From: Bacilli bacterium | GTDB lineage: Bacteria > Bacillota_I > Bacilli_A > RF39 > UBA660 | Reading direction: 5' to 3' | Length of the DNA: 58,668 nt | Assembly: GCA_017397685.1 (NCBI GenBank) | Contig: JAFQID010000048.1 | Span: 1-58,668 of the forward strand | Part shown: positions 17,986-27,211 of the stretch, one piece after another | How the letters are laid out: each line of letters starts with the position of its first letter | How positions within the stretch are numbered: position 1 is the stretch's first letter | Translations under genes and position numbers: made by a program | Notes under the pieces: generated by a model | The model's input: the letters and a program-made list of their open reading frames with translations, nothing else | Told to the model about the DNA's origin: nothing | The model's database searches: none

Positions 17986-19743
17986 CTACTGTTTAAGTTG
18001 AACCATCCAACTATTAAATATTTCACAGTTTGAACTTGTTGGTGGTGGTGATGCTTTTTCCATTTTTACAATCATTGGTATTTTAAATATTCTACCAAAT
18101 GCAACGCAAGTTCCTGACTGAAGTGTTTTTTGTTTATCAGTTATATCTTCACTCATATTTGGTATTGTTTTGCTTATATATTCCAGGTCAGCTGGATGAT
18201 TTATTTTAAATATTAGAAAATTTGCACATTGACTTATTACGTTTTCATTTAAATCAGTTGGTCTTTGTGTTATTAAATCTAACAAAAGTCCATATTTTCT
18301 TCCTTCTTTTGCGATACGTTCAAAGATATTATAACCAAATAGTTTTTTATCATCTCCTTCAAGAACATATCTATGTGCTTCTTCTAGAATCATGTGCATT
18401 GGAAAAGATGCCCTACTATCTAGTCCCTTAGTGTATTTCATAAACATTCTTGCAAATATTTTTGTTATTGTTCTTGCAAATCTATCATCAAGGTCTTCTA
18501 AGTTAAAGTTAACTATTTGTGCTTTTTTATTTCCATTTATTTGTAATTTTTTTATGTATTCATCTACTGTTATATAGCCTTCGTTTGTAAAGAATTTAGC
18601 GTTTGTTCTTGTCGCTAAATCATGAAGTCTAACCTTTAGGCTCATTGCTGAATCATACATATCTTCATTAAGTAAATAACGCTCACTATATAAAGTAAAA
18701 TTAAGAGCAACCTCTAAATCTTTAAGTGAATAACTTACATTTTGAGCATCATAGTTCCATTTCCTGTTTTCATCCACAAATGATGCAATATAATCACTTA
18801 TTATTTTTCTTTCTGCAAATCTTCCTTCACTATCTATATCAAAACAATTTCTAAACTCTCTAGTAAAACCAATTCCTGGTACTTCTGTTTTAAGTGAAAG
18901 TTCTGAAGTATTTGTTTCATTAAGTATTTCAAATATTTGATCTCTTATTCTAGCTGCTGTTTGATTTGTATACATTATAGAAAGTATTGCTTTTGAAAGA
19001 ATATGATTTTTAAAATCATGTGCCTCATCATCTTCTCTTGCAAACATTTTAGCATATATAAGAGCAGTTTCTATCATAGCAATCTGACTAAACTCAGTCG
19101 CATCAAGTAAGTTTAAAACATCCTCAAGTTCTAAAAGACATACTGGTATATTTAATTTCTCATAATTTTTCTTTTCACTTGTTGTTATTACTTTAAAAGA
19201 ATAATATGGATTATTTTCAGGTAAATCTTTAAATGCATTTATATATTCTCCATAACTATCAAATATAAATAAATTTGCCTTATATGGAATAACATTTCCT
19301 TTAGGAAATACATTTTGAATTATTCTACATATTCCATATGTTTTACCACTACCAGTATTTCCAAAAATAGCGGTATGATTTGAAAATAATTCATCTATAT
19401 CAACATATAATGGAAAATCATTATATAAAGGCGATACCCCTAATTTTATTGAGCGATTAGAATTTCCCGTTAAAATAGCTAATTCACTTTCATTAATTAT
19501 ACGAAGTGAAGCACTCATGCTTGGTTTTTTTATTAATCCACCAATAAAATTGTTTTCAGTAAGTTCTCCTAAAAAATTAATTCTTACGGTATTAGACTCT
19601 ATTGAGTCTACTTCTCCTAGTATTTTTTTATTAGTATCTTCAAATACAACATGTAAATTTATTAAATCGCCTACTTCAACTTTATCTTTGTTTATCTCAA
19701 CTATTGCACTATTTTTATTGATTGTTAGTATTTTACCAAACAT
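17986..19743 (-). CDS. HerA/DUF87-family ATPase (likely start ATG at 19743)
   Basis: HAS-barrel-like N-terminus, HTAIFGNTGSGKT Walker A, ILEEAH Walker B, ERIAKEGRKYG, TQRP. Confidence 0.88.
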   Translation of the reverse strand: MFGKILTINKNSAIVEINKDKVEVGDLINLHVVFEDTNKKILGEVDSIESNTVRINFLGELTENNFIGGLIKKPSMSASLRIINESELAILTGNSNRSIKLGVSPLYNDFPLYVDIDELFSNHTAIFGNTGSGKTYGICRIIQNVFPKGNVIPYKANLFIFDSYGEYINAFKDLPENNPYYSFKVITTSEKKNYEKLNIPVCLLELEDVLNLLDATEFSQIAMIETALIYAKMFAREDDEAHDFKNHILSKAILSIMYTNQTAARIRDQIFEILNETNTSELSLKTEVPGIGFTREFRNCFDIDSEGRFAERKIISDYIASFVDENRKWNYDAQNVSYSLKDLEVALNFTLYSERYLLNEDMYDSAMSLKVRLHDLATRTNAKFFTNEGYITVDEYIKKLQINGNKKAQIVNFNLEDLDDRFARTITKIFARMFMKYTKGLDSRASFPMHMILEEAHRYVLEGDDKKLFGYNIFERIAKEGRKYGLLLDLITQRPTDLNENVISQCANFLIFKINHPADLEYISKTIPNMSEDITDKQKTLQSGTCVAFGRIFKIPMIVKMEKASPPPTSSNCEIFNSWMVQLKQ

Positions 19744-19820
19744 AAAATCATCCCCATATTCTTTTTTATTTTCATAATTAATTTTATCATACTTTTTATC
19801 TGTAAACAACATATTTTAAA

Positions 19821-19845
19821 AACCTTAGAATTAGTTTCTAAGGTT
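19821..19845 (-). terminator. Intrinsic terminator after the glycine-rich gene pair
   Basis: AACCTTAGAA-TTAGT-TTCTAAGGTT perfect 10-bp stem. Confidence 0.75.
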
Positions 19846-21616
19846 AATTATCATAGTAAATAGCAAACGCACCATTTCCACTATTAGTTCCACTAAGATT
19901 AGATACTAAAGTAACGTTATCTCCAAATAAGTTTGTTCCGCCTTTTCCAGAATTATATGGTTTAGTTAAAGTATCACATCCATATCGACAAGTATTAGAA
20001 CCAGTCTTACAACTATCATAATAACTATCACAACCATATGAGCAAGTATTTGATCCAGTTTTACACGAATCCCATTTTTGTTTATAACTAGAACAATGGC
20101 ATCTTGTGCAACCTTTAATTCCACCACAACCAGACATATTAGGATTAGTACTACTATATTGATCACATGAATATTTATTACAAGTACTTGTGTTTACATA
20201 TCCACCCTTACATGTATTACTACCGTAATAGCAAGAACTACAGTTATAATCTACATATCCACCTTTACAAGTATTTCTTCCATAATAGCAAGAACTACAG
20301 TTGGCTTGATATGAATAATTATATCCGCTTCCTCCACCTGAACCATTAATCCCATCATTTCCAGAACCACCATTAGTTCCTGTTCCACCGGAAGATGCTC
20401 CTCCTGCTCCAGTATCACTTCCTCCCGAAGTGCCCGCTTGACCTCCGCCACCACCGGCACCAATTAAAATAATTGTACTATTACGTTTTACTGTTGTTGA
20501 ACCTCCACCATTATAAAGTCCTGTTCCTCCTCCATTATAGCCATTAGTTCCACCAGTATTAATATATAAAATATCTCCTTTTTCTAAATATACTCTTCCT
20601 TTAGCGTACCCACCATTTCCACCAATTGTTCCACCTTTTGCACCACTTGCTTCTAGTATATAATTACCAGAAACAAGCACATTATAACTTTGGGTTGTAT
20701 TGCTATAACTAAAAGATTTATCTAAATAATTTATATAACATGTTGTATTACTAGATATATTATTAATAGTATAATTATTTCCAGAAGCTGTTATATTTTG
20801 ACCATTATCACAATAAGAATTAGAATAAGCATAACTAGTAGACGGAACAACACTAAAAGTCTTACTAGTTAGACCATTAATAACTAATTTATTATTTTCA
20901 GTTGTACCATTATTAACAATTATATTAGCGGTATATGTATCAGGCTTATATTTTAAACTACAAGTAATATCACTTTTAATATTATAAAAACTTAATTTAT
21001 TTGTAGTAAAATTATAATCCATATCTCCTTCACAATTATAATTAGTACTATCAAAAATATAATTACTATTAGGTATAACTTCTAAATCCAATTTTGTATT
21101 TGCAATATATTCATTATAAATATTTTTTCCATTAATAGACGCATTTTCAAGATTAATATTAACTTTATATTTAACAAAAGTCCACGGATCAGAATATGTT
21201 CCTCTACCATTAACACTTACATATTTATTTATAAAATGAGTACTTCTTATACCACTTTTATCAATTTTATTTATTAAATTATATTTATTTTTAGAATTAT
21301 TTATTTCGTAAACTTTTTCTCCTTCTTCAGTCATAGTAAAATAATTAGATCCATCATAAAGATAAGTATCACCTTTATTATTTTTAGTAGCGTTAAACTC
21401 ACTTAAATTTACAAAACCACTTTTTTTAAACTTTTCTGATATAAATAATTTATCACTATAGCCAAAAGGAACATCTCCATCCATTAAATATAAATTATTA
21501 TCTTCTAATTGTTCTTTATAATTATTTACATAATTAATAGAATTCTCATAATTAATTTCTGCACATGTTTTTATTGGCAAAGCTATTAATAATAAAAATA
21601 TAAATATTTTTTTCAT
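19844..21616 (-). CDS. Secreted glycine-rich-domain protein with an 18-Cys insert (paralog A)
   Basis: Signal peptide MKKIFIFLLLIALPIKTCA; LEASGAKGG..GGNGGYAKG..YL..G.ILYINTGG glycine-rich (ALK/LTK-like) domain; Cys-rich repeats. Confidence 0.8.
   Translation of the reverse strand: MKKIFIFLLLIALPIKTCAEINYENSINYVNNYKEQLEDNNLYLMDGDVPFGYSDKLFISEKFKKSGFVNLSEFNATKNNKGDTYLYDGSNYFTMTEEGEKVYEINNSKNKYNLINKIDKSGIRSTHFINKYVSVNGRGTYSDPWTFVKYKVNINLENASINGKNIYNEYIANTKLDLEVIPNSNYIFDSTNYNCEGDMDYNFTTNKLSFYNIKSDITCSLKYKPDTYTANIIVNNGTTENNKLVINGLTSKTFSVVPSTSYAYSNSYCDNGQNITASGNNYTINNISSNTTCYINYLDKSFSYSNTTQSYNVLVSGNYILEASGAKGGTIGGNGGYAKGRVYLEKGDILYINTGGTNGYNGGGTGLYNGGGSTTVKRNSTIILIGAGGGGGQAGTSGGSDTGAGGASSGGTGTNGGSGNDGINGSGGGSGYNYSYQANCSSCYYGRNTCKGGYVDYNCSSCYYGSNTCKGGYVNTSTCNKYSCDQYSSTNPNMSGCGGIKGCTRCHCSSYKQKWDSCKTGSNTCSYGCDSYYDSCKTGSNTCRYGCDTLTKPYNSGKGGTNLFGDNVTLVSNLSGTNSGNGAFAIYYDN
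19976..20299 (-). repeat. Cys-rich insert of paralog A: 19-aa x2, core, 18-aa x2
   Basis: NCSSCYYGRNTCKGGYVDY / NCSSCYYGSNTCKGGYVNT and DSCKTGSNTCSYGCDSYY / DSCKTGSNTCRYGC. Confidence 0.9.
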
Positions 21617-21655
21617 ATTTAACCTCGATATTTAATCGTATTTAATATTTATTAA

Positions 21656-23584
21656 TTAACTAATAAAAGTTATTTTAACCGTACCATTACCAGAACGAAC
21701 ACCACTTGAATTGGTTACACTTATAACTTCACTTCCAAATGAGTTTTTGCCTCCAGTACCTGGTTTTCCTAGAACTGAACAATCATAAGTATTATATTCA
21801 GAACATCCACATTCATTACAATTTGCAGCGGTTGTACTTTTAGTACAAGAATAACTTTCTGTAGTATATGATGAACAATATGATCCACATTTAGAACAAT
21901 TTGTCCCTGTTTTCGTACACGAATAACTCTCTGTAGTATATGATGAACAAGTAGATCCACAGTTAGAACAACTTTTACCACTTTTAGTACAAGAATATGT
22001 TTCAGTTTGGCAATCACATTCATAATACTCACATACTTTTTTTCCATTAACATAACTACAACTATTGCATCTTCTACATGTAGTAGTTCTTGTACAAGTT
22101 CCAGTATACGAACATGAATTACAACTACTAGAAGCACATACTTGTCTTGAACATGTACCTGAATAAGAACATCTATTACAACTAGTAGATGCACAAACCT
22201 GTCTTGAGCATGTACCTGTGTAATTATATTTGCAAGTTGAACAAGTTTTACAAGTTCCATTACATGTTTTTGCATATGTTGGAGAAGAACTTCCTCCACC
22301 ACCATTTGTACCAGCTAATCCAGCACCAGCTCCTACTGAAGCACCACCTGCTCCACTACCATCACCGCCTGCACCACCAGCAGTTCCATCAGTACCAGTT
22401 GCTCCTCCACCAGCACCAATTATTAAATATGAACTTCCTTTTTTTATGGTACTGGCTCCACCTCCAACATATGAAGTTGATCCATTTTTATTTCCTCCAC
22501 CATTTGTTCCATCAGTACCACCAGTATTTATATATAAAATATTGCCTTTTTCTAAATAAACTTTTCCTTTAGCATAACCACCTTTTCCGCCACTATTACC
22601 ACCTTGTGCACCATACACTTCAAGATAATAATCACCACTAACCGCAACTTCATATTCAATAGTATTTGGAGAATATGGAACATCTATGTTTAAATAATTA
22701 ATATAACAAGTGGTATTACTGGATATATCGTTAATAGTATAATTATTTCCAGAAGCTGTTATTGTTTGATTATTATCACAATATGAGTTGGTATAAGAAT
22801 AATTAGTAGTAGGAACAACAGTAAAAGTCTTACTAGTTAGACCATTAATAACTAATTTATTATTTTCAGTTGTACCATTATTAACAATTATATTAGCGGT
22901 ATATGTATCTGGCTTATATTTTAAAGTGCAACTCACATCACCCTTTATATTATAAAAGTATAATTTGTTTGTACTAAAATTATAATCTGCTTCACCCTCA
23001 CAACTATAATTAGCTGGATCAAAAATATAATTATCATTTGGTGTTATATCTAATTCTAATTTTGTACTAGCAGTATATCCATCATAAACACTTTTACCAT
23101 TAATTAATGCATTTTCAAGTTTAAGACTTATTCGATATTTAATAAAACTCCAAGGATCAGAATATGTTCCGCTACCATTAACACAAACATCACTTCTTAT
23201 AAAATGTGTACTTCTTATATCACTTTTATCAGTTTTATTTATTAAATTATATTTATTTTTAGAAATATTTATTTCATAAACTTTCTCTCCATCTTCAGTC
23301 ATGGTAAAATAATTACCACCATCATAAAGATAAGTATCACCTTTATTATTTTTAGTAGTATTAAACTCACTTAAATTTACAAAACCACTTTTTTTAAACT
23401 TTTCTGATATAAATAATTTATCACTATATCCAAATGGAACATCTCCATCCATTAAATATAAATCATTATCTTCTAATTGTTCTTTATAATTATTTACAAA
23501 ATTAATAGAATCTTCATAATTAATTTTTGCCCATGTTTTTACTGGCAAAGCTATTAATAATAAAAATATAAATATTTTTTTCAT
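21656..23584 (-). CDS. Secreted glycine-rich-domain protein with a 32-Cys insert (paralog B; likely start ATG at 23584)
   Basis: Same signal peptide and N-terminal ~300 aa as paralog A; LEVYGAQGGNSGGKGGYAKG glycine-rich domain. Confidence 0.8.
   Translation of the reverse strand: MKKIFIFLLLIALPVKTWAKINYEDSINFVNNYKEQLEDNDLYLMDGDVPFGYSDKLFISEKFKKSGFVNLSEFNTTKNNKGDTYLYDGGNYFTMTEDGEKVYEINISKNKYNLINKTDKSDIRSTHFIRSDVCVNGSGTYSDPWSFIKYRISLKLENALINGKSVYDGYTASTKLELDITPNDNYIFDPANYSCEGEADYNFSTNKLYFYNIKGDVSCTLKYKPDTYTANIIVNNGTTENNKLVINGLTSKTFTVVPTTNYSYTNSYCDNNQTITASGNNYTINDISSNTTCYINYLNIDVPYSPNTIEYEVAVSGDYYLEVYGAQGGNSGGKGGYAKGKVYLEKGNILYINTGGTDGTNGGGNKNGSTSYVGGGASTIKKGSSYLIIGAGGGATGTDGTAGGAGGDGSGAGGASVGAGAGLAGTNGGGGSSSPTYAKTCNGTCKTCSTCKYNYTGTCSRQVCASTSCNRCSYSGTCSRQVCASSSCNSCSYTGTCTRTTTCRRCNSCSYVNGKKVCEYYECDCQTETYSCTKSGKSCSNCGSTCSSYTTESYSCTKTGTNCSKCGSYCSSYTTESYSCTKSTTAANCNECGCSEYNTYDCSVLGKPGTGGKNSFGSEVISVTNSSGVRSGNGTVKITFIS
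21779..22264 (-). repeat. Cys-rich insert of paralog B: 57-bp and 72-bp tandem repeats
   Basis: tgtcttga at 22143 and 22200 (57 bp, GTCSRQVCAS.SC..CSY); gaataact at 21849 and 21921 (72 bp, TESYSCTK....C..CGS.CSSYT). Confidence 0.9.
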
Positions 23585-23597
23585 CTCATACCTCTCT

Positions 23598-24014
23598 TTA
23601 TTCAAATTCACAAAATACATGTATAAGTATTGGATATTCTTTATAATCTAGTTTTTCTTTATTTAATGGATCTATCGTAATTCCTGTTGTATCATTTTCA
23701 CAATTTTCAAGTATTTCTACATTATAACCTAGGTCTTTTATATTATTAATATTTAAATAATATGTTTCATTGTTTGTTTTATATGATTCATACTTTTTAT
23801 TATTAAATAAGTCTATTCCAATATCATATAATGTTTTACTAACCTTATCTCGAATAGATAAATTCTCTAAATAATTATCTTGATTATTATTTTCATTTGT
23901 ATTATTTTGTTGTCCACTTCCATTATTATTGTTATTATTTTGTACATTATCACAAGACGTTAAAATCATAAATACAAAAGCAAATATTATTGTCATTCTT
24001 ATTATTTTTTTCAT
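23598..24014 (-). CDS. Putative lipoprotein
   Basis: MKKIIR..hydrophobic..ILTSC lipobox followed by an Asn-rich linker. Confidence 0.75.
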   Translation of the reverse strand: MKKIIRMTIIFAFVFMILTSCDNVQNNNNNNGSGQQNNTNENNNQDNYLENLSIRDKVSKTLYDIGIDLFNNKKYESYKTNNETYYLNINNIKDLGYNVEILENCENDTTGITIDPLNKEKLDYKEYPILIHVFCEFE

Positions 24015-24090
24015 ACTAGACTCCTATAATAAGATGATAACAAAATTTTCATTAGAAGTAAACTATCTATCAAAGATTTATGAAAAGTGT

Positions 24091-24909
24091 TTAATTTAAA
24101 ACTTTTAATTTAGTCCCATTTGTTGAAAAATGAATTGTACCTTCCTCAGTATTATAATATTTTATAGAGTTAACGTTTAAAAAGTTTGTTATTTCACTAT
24201 CAGTATCACCCGTTGAAACCGCATATTCAGGAGTAACTTCTTTTATTAAATCTAATGATAAATTATTATATCTTCCATGATGAGGTATTTTATATACATC
24301 TATATCTATATTTTCTTTTTCTAGTTGTTCATTTATTCTAGTTTGTTCAATATCACCAGTAAACATGAAGTTTATTTTTCCAATATTAAGATAAGTAACT
24401 AAAGAATAATCATTATCTTCTTTATATGACTTTTCATTAGGAGTAATTATTTTAAACCTCATATTATCTATTTCAAAATCATAATCTTTTTCTAAAACTA
24501 TATGGTTTATATTTGGCTGTTTTGCTAAATTTTGTTTAAAATCTTTTTGTAAATCACTCCCCTTTTCAAAAGATGTTTCTATTACGTTAGATACATTATA
24601 ATTATTTATTATAAAAGAAGCATTTCCAATATGATCTTTATCTGGATGAGTTATTATTAAATAATCAATTTTTGTTATACCAAGATTAGCTAACTTAAAA
24701 TTTAAATTATTATTATCCTTTTCTTCCGCCGTATCTATTAATATATTCGCATTTTTACTTTGTATAATTATCGAATCAGACTCAATTGACTCTAGAAAAT
24801 AAATATTATAATCATACGTACTATAGATTACTTTATAAATACCAAATAACACTAATCCAATTATTATAAATACTATAAAAGTATTTAAAGCTTCTTTTTT
24901 ATTTTCCAT
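24091..24909 (-). CDS. ComEC/Rec2-like metallo-beta-lactamase-fold hydrolase, N-terminally anchored
   Basis: LIDTA, ITHPDKDHIG, NDYSLV, FTGDI, KIPHHG. Confidence 0.85.
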   Translation of the reverse strand: MENKKEALNTFIVFIIIGLVLFGIYKVIYSTYDYNIYFLESIESDSIIIQSKNANILIDTAEEKDNNNLNFKLANLGITKIDYLIITHPDKDHIGNASFIINNYNVSNVIETSFEKGSDLQKDFKQNLAKQPNINHIVLEKDYDFEIDNMRFKIITPNEKSYKEDNDYSLVTYLNIGKINFMFTGDIEQTRINEQLEKENIDIDVYKIPHHGRYNNLSLDLIKEVTPEYAVSTGDTDSEITNFLNVNSIKYYNTEEGTIHFSTNGTKLKVLN

Positions 24910-25627
24910 AATTTACCTTTATTAAATATAGACCACAACCTGATGCACACCTACCACATTTTTCTCTATCTTTACTTTCGAATATTTTATCAATATCTTC
25001 TAAACTTTTTTTATTTTCATTTATATCCAAAAGCAATCCAACTATATTTCTTATCATATATCTTAAAAAACCAGATGATTCAAATTTAAGTGTAATTATA
25101 TTTTTTGATACTTTATATGTTATTAAAACTTCTCTTTCATAATTAGAATTATATTTATCTGATGTAAAACTTCGATAATTATGTTTACCACTTATTTTTT
25201 CTGTAAACTCTTTTAATAATTCTTTTGATATCTTTTTGTTATATTGCAAAGCATAATCTTTTTCAATCGGACTATATTCCCCAGTATTAATTTTATAAAT
25301 ATATGTTTTTTTCTCTACATTATATCTCGCATGAAAATCATTATTTACTACTTTTACATCTTTTATATATAATGATTGTGATGAAAGTTTATTTAATGAA
25401 TTTTTAAGTTTTTTTGTATTTATTTTCTTATCACTATCAAAATGACAATATTGGTCAAGTGCATGTACTAATCTATCTGTTCTAGACGATCCATTTGTTT
25501 TTATAGGTTCATTAAATATTTTCGATAATATTTCTTCTAACTCTCCTTGAACAGTTTTTTTATTTATTTGTTTTTGATATCCATAATATTTTGAACCATC
25601 GTACGACATATTAATTAAATATCTCAT
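24899..25627 (-). CDS. truA: tRNA pseudouridine(38-40) synthase
   Basis: YDGSKYYGYQ, SSRTDRLVHA, FHARY, FLRYMIRNIVG, GLYL; follows ecfT. Confidence 0.95.
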   Translation of the reverse strand: MRYLINMSYDGSKYYGYQKQINKKTVQGELEEILSKIFNEPIKTNGSSRTDRLVHALDQYCHFDSDKKINTKKLKNSLNKLSSQSLYIKDVKVVNNDFHARYNVEKKTYIYKINTGEYSPIEKDYALQYNKKISKELLKEFTEKISGKHNYRSFTSDKYNSNYEREVLITYKVSKNIITLKFESSGFLRYMIRNIVGLLLDINENKKSLEDIDKIFESKDREKCGRCASGCGLYLIKVNYGK

Positions 25628-26379
25628 AATATACCTCTTATCTTTATATATGATATTATTATTAGTAAATGAAATGTTATAAACACAATATCATAAAATC
25701 CTATTTTATTTGTCCTATAATTTGTTCTATATTTTTTAGCGTTATAAAGTCTATATTTACTACATAAATATATTTCTTTATTCTTATCTTTATTTACTAA
25801 AAATAGATTTTTTCTTATTTTTAATGTTATATATATTTTTTTTATTATATTTGTATGATAATAATCAAGACCTCTACTTGAAAGTGATTTTAATATTTTT
25901 TGTTTACTAGTTTCTAAGTTTGGTATATATCTTAATATATTATTTATTTTAATCGCTATTTTATTAAGTGGTAAATATAAAAAGTTAAATGGTGAAAGAG
26001 TTTTTTCTATCGCGTATATTGTTTCACTTGGAGAAGTTGTATATGAAAATATTTTTAAGTATTCTATTATTGTTATTAATTTTAATATATATACAAGTGT
26101 GTCAGTTAAATTTATATTTAAATAGTAGCATACAAAAACTATTATTAAATATATATATCTAAGAAAGTAAAATGTTTTAAAATAAAATCTTATTGGTACA
26201 TAACTTAAAAACATCATTATTATTGTCAAAATAAACATAAATATATTTATATAAAGATTATTTGTTAGTATAAGTGTTATAATACATATTAAAAAGTTAA
26301 TTAATTTTATTATAGGATTTAACTTATGTACTATACTAACTACAGGATAATACGATCCAAATAATGTTCTACTTTGCAT
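25624..26379 (-). CDS. ecfT: ECF transporter transmembrane component T
   Basis: S.VHKLNP, YTTSPSE...IEKTLSPF, LRYIP, SRG; position in ecfA-ecfA-ecfT-truA cluster. Confidence 0.85.
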   Translation of the reverse strand: MQSRTLFGSYYPVVSIVHKLNPIIKLINFLICIITLILTNNLYINIFMFILTIIMMFLSYVPIRFYFKTFYFLRYIYLIIVFVCYYLNINLTDTLVYILKLITIIEYLKIFSYTTSPSETIYAIEKTLSPFNFLYLPLNKIAIKINNILRYIPNLETSKQKILKSLSSRGLDYYHTNIIKKIYITLKIRKNLFLVNKDKNKEIYLCSKYRLYNAKKYRTNYRTNKIGFYDIVFITFHLLIIISYIKIRGIL

Positions 26380-27211
26380 CTCTATATACCCCCTTTATCA
26401 AATCAAGTATATTAATATAATCATGTAATTTATGTCCTTGTCTTCTTACTTCATTTGAAAACTTAACAATATGTGGTACTTCTAAACCTATTGCTTTTAA
26501 TATCTCTTCATCTTTTAACAATGTTTTATCACCATGAGTAATTATCCTAGTTTTTTCCATTAAATAAAAATAGTCTGATGTTTTAAAACAAAAATTTGTA
26601 TCTTTAGAAAGTATTATAATTGTTTTTCCATATCTGTTTTTTAATAATTTCAAAAGTCTTTCAAGGTCAGTTTTGTCTTTATTATTTAAACCAATTGTTG
26701 GCTCATCTAATATAATAATTTCAGGATTAAATATTAAAATACATGCAATAGCTACTTTTTTAGCATCTCTTAGATTTAATTTTCTCGGGTTCATATTTAA
26801 AAAAGTTTCATCAAGTCCTACTAATTTAAGTGCATCTTTAGCTCTAAAGTTTTTATCTTTTAACTTATATTTAAAATATTTCATTCCACATTCAATTTCT
26901 TTTCTTACAGTACTTTCTATAAACATATCATATGGATTTTTAAATACATAACCAGCTGATAATCTGAGCCTATTTATTTTTCTTATTTTTCTACCATCAT
27001 TTATAAACTTGCCAATATAAACTTTTCCATTAGTTGGTGATATTAATGCATTTATTAATTCCCCTATCGCAGTTTTTCCACTATTACTTTTACCTAAAAA
27101 ACTGTATATTCCTGTCTCTTTTATTTCAAAAGATACACTATTCAATATAGTTTTTTCAAGTGGTGTATATGGATTTATAACAAGCGATACTCTATCAAAC
27201 TTTATTTCCAT
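26369..27211 (-). CDS. ecfA2: ECF transporter ATPase A2, partly degenerate
   Basis: TPLEKTIL..VSF, GKSNSGKT, ILDEPTIGL; signature and H-loop altered. Confidence 0.85.
   Translation of the reverse strand: MEIKFDRVSLVINPYTPLEKTILNSVSFEIKETGIYSFLGKSNSGKTAIGELINALISPTNGKVYIGKFINDGRKIRKINRLRLSAGYVFKNPYDMFIESTVRKEIECGMKYFKYKLKDKNFRAKDALKLVGLDETFLNMNPRKLNLRDAKKVAIACILIFNPEIIILDEPTIGLNNKDKTDLERLLKLLKNRYGKTIIILSKDTNFCFKTSDYFYLMEKTRIITHGDKTLLKDEEILKAIGLEVPHIVKFSNEVRRQGHKLHDYINILDLIKGVYRDAK

Noticed and set aside
19966-20463. Short alternate-frame ORFs inside paralog A
   Set aside because: Fully nested in a well-supported CDS; composition is explained by the main frame
21769-22572. Overlapping ORFs, including the Pro-rich 22230..22559, the His/Leu-rich 22189..22572 and 21769..22305
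   Set aside because: Antisense or alternate-frame by-products of Gly and Cys codons in paralog B; no RBS
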